Below are positions 57,008 to 64,000 of a stretch of DNA of 64,000 nt, piece after piece. The translations under genes and the position numbers were made by a program. Every line of letters starts with the position of its first letter. Positions within the stretch are counted from its first letter, which is position 1. The notes under the pieces are model-generated. The model made no database searches, was not told the origin of the DNA, and saw only the letters and a list, made by a program, of their open reading frames with translations. Origin of the DNA: Hyphomicrobium sp. (GTDB lineage: Bacteria; Pseudomonadota; Alphaproteobacteria; Rhizobiales; Hyphomicrobiaceae); assembly GCA_031373745.1 (NCBI GenBank), contig JANMNH010000116.1, positions 5,728-69,727 on the forward strand. The letters run 5' to 3'.

Positions 57008-58807
57008 TCAACGCCCGGAATTTGCGCTACGGCGCACAACCCTGTTAACGGTACCGGCCAGCTCCGCGGGATCAAACACTGGCAGCGAGCAAATGCGGTC
57101 GGTGCAGGCGAAGGCTGCGGGTTCATCCAATTCAGGATACTGCACATCGGGATTTGAGAGGGCGCCTTCGCGCTTGTCCCACCAGTCAATGCGCCGGTAA
57201 TGAGCGGGGTAGGCGAGTGCTGCAGCATGGAGAGCCGCCGATTTCGGGTCGTCTTTGTGCCCGACAATAGTTATGTGCGTCGGCTCTCGAGCAAGTTCTG
57301 CATCGATCAACAGTGCGCCCGAATGCACGCTTGGCCTCTCAAGGTGATTTTCAGAAAGGGCAAAGCGGGCGGCGTGTCCGGCAAGTTCAAAGTCGTTTTT
57401 GTCGCCGGTATAGCGATGCAGGAGATTAGAAAAGCGCGCGGTTTGGATTTGTTCTTCGAGTATTTTGGCGGGACTTGCAAACACGCCGATGTTTGCCTCC
57501 GATTGAACGGACGTCAAAAGCCCTCCGGAGGGATCTTGGAGTTTGCTTGTAATGAAATCACCTGCTTCACTAGCGACGCGCATCCATTTTCTATCGCCGG
57601 TCGCAGCATAGAGTTCGAGCGCTGCTTGCCCCATTGAAAGCGTATCGCCGAGAAACGGTCCGCCGCGATCGGCATCTCCATGAGTGTAGCCGCCTCCTTC
57701 GAGCCACCGGTTCTTCACGATCCATTCTGCGGCATTTTTCGCCGCGTCGAGAGCTGCCGTGTCGCCCGTTACTGCAAAATGTGCAGCAAGGCTGCGGATC
57801 GCCCAGCCGTTCTCACGGGTATAAATGTGTTGATCGATCTTAGGTTTTTTCGGGAGGGCGTTTCGCGCGGCTTGAGATAATGCGTAGTAGGCTTTGCCTG
57901 GCATTGTCTCATCAACATCGGCATCTTGGCTAGTGAAGAACGCTCCATTTGGAGCTCGAAGAACGTCCATAAGATACTTCTTGATTGTTGCCGCCGCCTC
58001 AAGAAATCGCGGATCGCGCCATTGGGCGTAGGCTTCCGAAAACTGCCGCAAACCATTTGCCTGGTACCACATAATCTTTTCGTAGTGCGGCGACTTCCAG
58101 TCCGCCGCGTCGGAATACTGGTAGAGCCCGCCCTCAACCGTATCGATGAGGTTGAGTGCGGCGGCGAATGTTTTTTGGGCCCTTGCTGCGGCTTCTTTAT
58201 CACCATTTGCCGCGAGCGAGAATTCCCAGTCCATGCGGTCGGCATCGATAAATTTATGTACCGTGCCCCAGCCGCCAAACTCAGTGTCGAAGGCATCGAT
58301 CGTGTTTGCGGCGAGTTCGGTTCGGCTCGCGGTCAAAAGCAAATGGGACTTTGCCGGTTCGGCAGGAGGCTCGACGACGACCGAGGGGCCCGGCGTCGGG
58401 TCGGCAATGACGGCCTCAAGGAGTGCTGTCATCGCTTTGGGCTCGATGTATCCGGCGCGCTTGACGATTTCGGTGCCGTCAGGCGCAAAAATGATTGTCG
58501 CAGGCCAGCCCCAATCGCCGTACCGGTTCGACAGATCGGGGTTAGCGTCCTGATCGACGCGAACGGTTATAAATTTGGATTTGAGGAGATAAGCGACGTC
58601 CGGATCTCGATAGGTCGTTTTTTCCATGACGTGGCACCAATGGCACCAGACGGCCTCGAGATCCAGAATGACGAGCCGGTTCTCGGCCTTCGCTTTCGCG
58701 AAAAGGTCTACAGACCAAGGTTGCCAATTTAGTTCTGCCCTGGCGCGCGGTATGGGCATCAAGACGAGACAGAATAGACTAAACGCCAGAATGCGCTTCA
58801 ACCACAT
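57008..58807 (-). CDS. Secreted thioredoxin-domain protein (DUF255/YyaL/SPATA20-like: thioredoxin + alpha/alpha toroid)
   Basis: Signal peptide ending 'ARA-E'; 'WCHWCHVM' CxxC, 'VDQDANPDLSNRY..GWPATI', 'GGLYQYS', 'HYEKIMWYQA', 'FFTSQDAD'. Start placed at ATG 58807 because the ORF-track start overlaps the -10 element. Confidence 0.8.
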   Translation of the reverse strand: MWLKRILAFSLFCLVLMPIPRARAELNWQPWSVDLFAKAKAENRLVILDLEAVWCHWCHVMEKTTYRDPDVAYLLKSKFITVRVDQDANPDLSNRYGDWGWPATIIFAPDGTEIVKRAGYIEPKAMTALLEAVIADPTPGPSVVVEPPAEPAKSHLLLTASRTELAANTIDAFDTEFGGWGTVHKFIDADRMDWEFSLAANGDKEAAARAQKTFAAALNLIDTVEGGLYQYSDAADWKSPHYEKIMWYQANGLRQFSEAYAQWRDPRFLEAAATIKKYLMDVLRAPNGAFFTSQDADVDETMPGKAYYALSQAARNALPKKPKIDQHIYTRENGWAIRSLAAHFAVTGDTAALDAAKNAAEWIVKNRWLEGGGYTHGDADRGGPFLGDTLSMGQAALELYAATGDRKWMRVASEAGDFITSKLQDPSGGLLTSVQSEANIGVFASPAKILEEQIQTARFSNLLHRYTGDKNDFELAGHAARFALSENHLERPSVHSGALLIDAELAREPTHITIVGHKDDPKSAALHAAALAYPAHYRRIDWWDKREGALSNPDVQYPELDEPAAFACTDRICSLPVFDPAELAGTVNRVVRRSANSGR

Positions 58808-58836
58808 GGCATGCTGCTCCCGGTTGTTCATCGGGA

Positions 58837-58866
58837 AGGTACGCACACGTCCGGCGTAGAGTTTCA
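58837..58866 (-). promoter_or_regulatory. ECF-sigma-type promoter of the thioredoxin/YyaL-like gene
   Basis: Minus strand TGAAAC-tctacgccggacgtgtg-CGTACCT; same -35, spacer length and -10 as 56929-56958. Confidence 0.7.
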
Positions 58867-58935
58867 GGGCCCGCGAAATTATTCTTGTCTCAAGATGTTG
58901 TCACGGCAATTTGGGTTAGCGGCTCTCTAGGAAGC

Positions 58936-60441
58936 CTATTTCAGGGTTGGAAAGTTGAATTCCGCGCCCTTGCGAATTCCGGTTGGCCAGCGTGCTGTGA
59001 TGGTTTTGATACGCGTGTAAAAGCGCACGCCTTCTGGGCCATAAATCGCGTGATCTCCAAACAACGAGCGCTTCCAGCCGCCGAAGGAGTGGTACGCCAC
59101 AGGCACGGGAAGCGGCACGTTGATGCCGACCATGCCAACTTGGATCTTGTCCGCAAAAGCGCGGGCCGCGTCTCCGTCGCGCGTGAAAATTGCGGTGCCG
59201 TTGCCATATTCGTGGCTATTGATGAGATGAGCGGCTTCGTCATAGCTCCCGGTGCGCACTATTGAAAGAACAGGCCCGAAAATTTCTTCCTTGTAGATTG
59301 TCATGTCTTTTGTGACGCGATCGAACAGCGAACCGCCGAGGAAGTAACCATTCTCATACCCCTGCAATTTAAAGCCGCGGCCATCGACGACAAGATCTGC
59401 ACCTTCGTCGACGCCGAGATCGATTAAACCCGAAATGCGCCGCTTGGCTTCTGCTGTCACCACGGGCCCCATCTCGGAATCGGGGTCGGTCGCTGGGCCA
59501 ACGCGAAGCGCGCGTACTTTCGGCGCCAAGGCTTCGACCAGCCGGTTGGCAGTTTTTTCGCCAACGGGTACGGCGACGGAAATCGCCATGCAGCGTTCGC
59601 CTGCAGAACCGTATCCAGCGCCCATGAGGGCATCGACTGCCTGATCCATATCGGCATCTGGCATAACGATCATGTGGTTCTTGGCGCCGCCTAAAGCTTG
59701 CACGCGTTTTCCGGCGGTTGAGCCGCGCCGGTAGACGTATTCGGCAATTGGCGTCGAGCCGACGAAGCTGACAGCTGCGATATCGGGGTGATCTAGGATG
59801 GCATCGACGGCAATTTTGTCTCCATGCACCACGTTGAGAACGCCGTCCGGGAACCCCGCTTCCTGAAATAATTCCCAGGCCAGCATGACTGCGGACGGAT
59901 CGCGCTCCGAAGGCTTCAAGATGAACGTGTTTCCGCAAGCAACGGCGACCGGATACATCCACATTGGCACCATGGCTGGGAAATTGAATGGCGTGATGCC
60001 GGCCACGACGCCCAATGGCTGGCGATCAGACCAGCTATCGATATCGGGGCCGACGTTGCGGCTAAATTCACCCTTCAAAAGATGTGGGATGCCGCACGCA
60101 AAATCGACAACGTCGATGCCGCGCTGGAGTTCACCAAGAGCGTCCGCGTGGGTTTTGCCATGTTCCTTTGAAATGGCCCGCGCGATGTCATTAGCATGGC
60201 GCTCAAGGAGTTCTTTGAATTTGAACATCGGCTTGACGCGTTTCATGGGCGTCGTCGTGCCCCATTCAACGGACGCTTGTTTGGCAGCAGCGACGGCAGC
60301 GTTGACTTCAGCGACCTCCGAGAGCGGGAGAACGGCCGACTTTTCGCCTGTTGCGGGATTGAAAACGGACGCCGTGCGCGTTGAGGCCGACGTGACCTTG
60401 CGGCCGCCGATTCCGTTTTGGATGGTCTCGAGTGACTGCAT
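58936..60441 (-). CDS. mmsA: CoA-acylating (methyl)malonate-semialdehyde dehydrogenase
   Basis: 'GITPFNFPAMVPMW', 'KPSERDPS', 'GGAKNHMIVMPDAD', 'GSAGERCMA', 'GINVPLPVPVAYHSFGGWK'. Confidence 0.92.
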   Translation of the reverse strand: MQSLETIQNGIGGRKVTSASTRTASVFNPATGEKSAVLPLSEVAEVNAAVAAAKQASVEWGTTTPMKRVKPMFKFKELLERHANDIARAISKEHGKTHADALGELQRGIDVVDFACGIPHLLKGEFSRNVGPDIDSWSDRQPLGVVAGITPFNFPAMVPMWMYPVAVACGNTFILKPSERDPSAVMLAWELFQEAGFPDGVLNVVHGDKIAVDAILDHPDIAAVSFVGSTPIAEYVYRRGSTAGKRVQALGGAKNHMIVMPDADMDQAVDALMGAGYGSAGERCMAISVAVPVGEKTANRLVEALAPKVRALRVGPATDPDSEMGPVVTAEAKRRISGLIDLGVDEGADLVVDGRGFKLQGYENGYFLGGSLFDRVTKDMTIYKEEIFGPVLSIVRTGSYDEAAHLINSHEYGNGTAIFTRDGDAARAFADKIQVGMVGINVPLPVPVAYHSFGGWKRSLFGDHAIYGPEGVRFYTRIKTITARWPTGIRKGAEFNFPTLK

Positions 60442-60485
60442 TGGGTTCCGTTCTTGGTAGTTGATCTGTCTCGTGCGTCGCGCTG

Positions 60486-61808
60486 TTAGTTTGTTGTTTT
60501 GAAAACCATGGTCAAAGTGTCGAACAATTGATCGATCTCAGCTTTCGAAATGATCAATGGCGGCGATAGCGCAATAATGTCGCCGGTTTGACGAATGAGA
60601 AGATTGTTCTCAAAGGCCTTAACGAAGCGATCATAAGCGCGCTTTCCCGGTTCGCCGGGAGAAGGGTCAAATTCGATGGCGCCGATGAGCCCGATATTGC
60701 GGATATCGATGATGTGCGGCATCCCCTTCAAGGTGTGCAGCCGTTCTTCCCAATAGGACGAAAGCTCTGTGGCCCGCGTGAGCAAGCCCTCATCGTAATA
60801 GGTGTCGAGCGTGCCGATGGATGCCGCGCAGGCCATCGGATGGCCCGAGTACGTGTAACCGTGGAAGAAGTCGATGACGTTGTCAGGGCCGTTCATAAAG
60901 GCATCGTGGATTTTAGATGTGACGAACACGGCGCCCATAGGGATGGTTCCGTTCGTTACGCCTTTGGCCGTTGTGATGATATCGGGAGCAACACCGAAAT
61001 AGTCGGTGCCGAAAGGCGTTCCGAGCCGTCCGAAGGCTGTGATAACTTCATCGAAAATGAGCAGGATGTCGTGTTTGGCGCAGATGGCCGCGAGCCGCTT
61101 TAAGTAACCTTTGGGCGGGATGATAACGCCGGTGGAGCAAGCCACGGGTTCTACTATACAGGCTGCGATTGTGGAGGCATCATGCAATGCGACTAGGCGC
61201 TCAAGGTCATCGGCAAGGTCTGCGCCGTGCTCGGGCTCGCCGCGCGTGAAGGCGTTCTTACCGATATCGTGCGTGTGACGAATGTGATCGACGCCTGAGA
61301 GAAGCGATCCGAACATTTTGCGGTTGTTGGAAATGCCGCCGACCGCCGTGCCACCGAAATTGACGCCATGATATCCGCGTTCGCGCCCGATGAGGCGCAC
61401 TTTGCCGGCGTTACCCTTTGCGCGGTGATAGGCGAGCGCCATCTTGAGGGCGGTTTCGACCGACTCGGAACCCGAATTGGTGAAGAATACGTGGTCGAAG
61501 CCTTTGGGTGCGATGTTGACCAGGCGCGACGCACACTCGAAAGCTTTTGCATGCCCCATCTGGAATGTGCCCGCGAAGTCGAGGGTCGCTGCCTGCTTTT
61601 GGATGGCTTCGACGATTTTTGGGCGGCAGTGGCCTGCATTGACGCACCACAGTCCCGAGGTGCCGTCGAGGACGCGACGGCCGTCGTCGGTGATGTAGTG
61701 CATTCGCTCCGCGCCGACAAAGATGCGCGGGTTCTTCTTGAATTGGCGATTGGCGGTAAACGGCATCCAGAACGCCGAAAGATCATTGGTCTTATGCTGG
61801 ATATTCAT
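60486..61808 (-). CDS. bauA: Omega-amino acid:pyruvate aminotransferase (beta-alanine-pyruvate transaminase, class III PLP)
   Basis: 'FWMPFTANRQFK', 'DGTSGLWCVNAGH', 'YHGVNFGG', 'IFDEVITAFGRLG', 'AKGVTNG', 'HGYTYSGHP'. Confidence 0.88.
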   Translation of the reverse strand: MNIQHKTNDLSAFWMPFTANRQFKKNPRIFVGAERMHYITDDGRRVLDGTSGLWCVNAGHCRPKIVEAIQKQAATLDFAGTFQMGHAKAFECASRLVNIAPKGFDHVFFTNSGSESVETALKMALAYHRAKGNAGKVRLIGRERGYHGVNFGGTAVGGISNNRKMFGSLLSGVDHIRHTHDIGKNAFTRGEPEHGADLADDLERLVALHDASTIAACIVEPVACSTGVIIPPKGYLKRLAAICAKHDILLIFDEVITAFGRLGTPFGTDYFGVAPDIITTAKGVTNGTIPMGAVFVTSKIHDAFMNGPDNVIDFFHGYTYSGHPMACAASIGTLDTYYDEGLLTRATELSSYWEERLHTLKGMPHIIDIRNIGLIGAIEFDPSPGEPGKRAYDRFVKAFENNLLIRQTGDIIALSPPLIISKAEIDQLFDTLTMVFKTTN

Positions 61809-61849
61809 GATCGTTCTCCGGAATCGGATTTAAAAGTTAGCTTGAAAAT

Positions 61850-63145
61850 CTAAGAAGCGTGGCTGACGGCTTCGACAAGGCTTTCTGAGAAAATGTCCAT
61901 GCCTTCCTCGACCAAGGCGTCACTCGCGGTCAAAGGCACGAGGAAGCGAATAACATTAGAATTCGTGCCGCATGACAATAGAATAAGCCCTTTTTCGTTG
62001 GCCGTCTTCAAGAGAGCAGAGGTCAGGGTGGCATCCGGCTCACCGCTGGCGGCATTTTTCACGAGTTCAAGGGCGCACATGGCGCCGAGGCCGCGGATGT
62101 CGCCTATACAGTTGAGATTTGTGCGATCTTTTAACCGGCCAAGGCGGTCTAGGATGATGTTGCCAATTTTGTTGGAGCGATCGCAGAGTTTTTCATCCTC
62201 GATAATGTCGAGGACGGCATGTGCGGCGGCGCAAGCAAGAGGGTTTCCGGCATATGTGCCGCCAAGGCCGCCGGGATTGGCGGCATCCATCACGTCTGCA
62301 CGGCCAACGATTGCCGCGAGCGGCAGCCCGCCTGCTAGCCCTTTTGCGAGGGTGACAATGTCGGCTTTGATTTCTGCGTGCTCGAGCGCGAACATTTTCC
62401 CTGTTCGAGCAAAGCCTGTTTGAATTTCGTCGGCAATGAGCAGAATGCCGTGCTCGTTGCACAGGGTTCGCAATGCGCGCAGGAACTCGACGGGCGCGAT
62501 ATTGAAGCCGCCTTCGCCCTGCACTGGTTCGATGATAATAGCCGAAACATTTGAGGGATCGATTGAGTGTTTGAAGAGGTGCTTCAGGCTTGCCATGCTC
62601 TCTTCATTGGAGACGCCGTGATAGGCGTTTGGGAATACGGCGTTGTAAATGTCCGGCGGAAACGGACCGAAGCCTTTTTTGTATGGAACGACCTTTCCGG
62701 TGAGCGCCATGCCCATGTGCGTGCGTCCATGAAAACCGCCGCCGAACGAGATGACGCCGGAACGGCCGGTAAAGGCGCGCGCGACCTTGACTGCGTTCTC
62801 GACGGCTTCCGCGCCCGTTGAAATCAGCATTGTTTTTGCCGGTCCCTGGACCGGGGCAATGGCGTTTAGCCGCTCGGCGAGCCGGACGTAGCTCTCGTAG
62901 GGCGTCACCTGGAAGCAGACGTGGCTGAAGGATTTGAGTTGTTCCTCGACTGCGGCGACAATCTTGGGGTGCTGGTGACCGGTGTTTACGACGGCGATAC
63001 CCGCCGCAAAATCGATGTAGCGCTTGCCCTCTTCGCTCCAAATTTCGGCGTTCTTGGCGCGCTTGGCATAGATTGCGGTTGCATGACCGACGCCCCTTGG
63101 GATTGCCGCCGCTCGCCTTGCGTGAAGTTCTGCTGAGGTTGGCAT
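61850..63145 (-). CDS. gabT: 4-aminobutyrate/5-aminovalerate:2-oxoglutarate aminotransferase
   Basis: 'IDFAAGIAVVNTGH', 'STGAEAVENAVKVAR', 'EPVQGEGG', 'DEIQTGFARTG', 'AKGLAGG'. Confidence 0.9.
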   Translation of the reverse strand: MPTSAELHARRAAAIPRGVGHATAIYAKRAKNAEIWSEEGKRYIDFAAGIAVVNTGHQHPKIVAAVEEQLKSFSHVCFQVTPYESYVRLAERLNAIAPVQGPAKTMLISTGAEAVENAVKVARAFTGRSGVISFGGGFHGRTHMGMALTGKVVPYKKGFGPFPPDIYNAVFPNAYHGVSNEESMASLKHLFKHSIDPSNVSAIIIEPVQGEGGFNIAPVEFLRALRTLCNEHGILLIADEIQTGFARTGKMFALEHAEIKADIVTLAKGLAGGLPLAAIVGRADVMDAANPGGLGGTYAGNPLACAAAHAVLDIIEDEKLCDRSNKIGNIILDRLGRLKDRTNLNCIGDIRGLGAMCALELVKNAASGEPDATLTSALLKTANEKGLILLSCGTNSNVIRFLVPLTASDALVEEGMDIFSESLVEAVSHAS

Positions 63146-63159
63146 GTCGAGACGTCTCC

Positions 63160-64000
63160 TCAAGAAAAGGCTTGGATGCCGGTCTGCGCGCGGCCTAAAA
63201 TCAAGGCGTGGATGTCGTGCGTGCCTTCATACGTGTTGACAGCTTCGAGATTCATCATGTGTCTGATTACGTGATACTCGTCGGAGATTCCGTTGCCGCC
63301 GTGAATGTCGCGAGCGGCGCGCGCAATATCGAGCGCCTTGCCGCAGCTATTGCGCTTAAGAAGCGATACTGCTTCGGGTGCAAGCTGGTTGCGGTCTTTG
63401 AGGCGCGCAGCATGCAGACAAGCATGAAGTGCAAGCGTGATCTCGGTCTGCATGTCGGCCAGCTTCTTCTGGATGAGCTGGTTGGCAGCCAACGGTTGTC
63501 CGAATTGCGTACGGTCGAGCGCGTATTGCCGCGCCGCGTGCCAGCAAAATTCCGCCGCTCCAAGCGCACCCCACGCGATACCGAAACGCGCGTTGTTGAG
63601 GCAGCCGAACGGGCCTTTCAATCCTTGCACGTTTGGAAGCATGTTTTGCGCCGGCACTACAACGTTTTCCATGACGATTTGTCCGGTGACGGACGCCCGC
63701 AACGCAAACTTCCCCTCTATCTTCGGAGTGTCGAGACCTTTCATGCCGCGTTCGAGGATAAAACCGCGAATGATGCCATCGTCCGTCTTGGCCCAGACGA
63801 CAAAGACATCGGCGATGGGCGCATTCGTGATCCAGGTTTTGGATCCCGTCAGCTCGTAAGCGCCATTGACGCTCTTGGCGCGCGTCGTGAGGGCGCCTGC
63901 ATCCGATCCGTGGTCAGGTTCGGTCAGTCCAAAACATCCGATCAATTCTCCGGTTGCTAGCCGTGGAAGATACTTTTGGCGTTGCGCATCGCTGCCATAG
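63160..64000 (-). CDS. gcdH: Glutaryl-CoA dehydrogenase (5'-truncated by window edge)
   Basis: '[33 protein letters not shown]', '[11 protein letters not shown]', '[29 protein letters not shown]'; frame stays open to base 64000. Confidence 0.9.
   Translation of the reverse strand, partial: YGSDAQRQKYLPRLATGELIGCFGLTEPDHGSDAGALTTRAKSVNGAYELTGSKTWITNAPIADVFVVWAKTDDGIIRGFILERGMKGLDTPKIEGKFALRASVTGQIVMENVVVPAQNMLPNVQGLKGPFGCLNNARFGIAWGALGAAEFCWHAARQYALDRTQFGQPLAANQLIQKKLADMQTEITLALHACLHAARLKDRNQLAPEAVSLLKRNSCGKALDIARAARDIHGGNGISDEYHVIRHMMNLEAVNTYEGTHDIHALILGRAQTGIQAFS

Overview
A 64-kb GC-rich window that reads as alphaproteobacterial chromosome; the gene content (N-methylglutamate pathway, MxcQE-like and FlhS/ErcS-like regulators, Anbu operon) suggests a Hyphomicrobium-like methylotroph (inference). 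Left to right: MFS fragment and DUF486 gene; a four-gene Anbu operon (circularly permuted ATP-grasp, alpha-E, transglutaminase, Anbu) with a clear sigma54 promoter; ugd; an HlyC-type acyltransferase upstream of a PrtD/PrtE-type type I secretion pair with no toxin or TolC gene; fbp-prk-rpe without RuBisCO; a UDP-glucuronate epimerase; hrpB; surface-polysaccharide genes (wbpO-like, asnB-like, GT4; rmlB-rmlA) interrupted by a stand-alone DUF2793 tail-fibre-like gene with internal repeats; a FIST/hybrid kinase/LuxR triad; a PilZ protein; an LTA-synthase-like gene; the methylamine N-methylglutamate cluster (mgdABCD, XRE-cupin, mgsABC, gmaS, divergent LysR); an MxcQE-like two-component system; a polyamine uptake/gamma-glutamylation cluster; a TorF-type porin; Lrp-ald; a BufA2-type Cys-rich secreted peptide gene and a secreted thioredoxin/YyaL-like gene that share a near-identical ECF-type promoter but have no DUF692 maturase nearby; and an mmsA-bauA-gabT-gcdH operon that runs off the right end. 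No rRNA, tRNA, CRISPR array, transposase or integrase was recognised. All family assignments come from motif recognition by eye, with no database searches.
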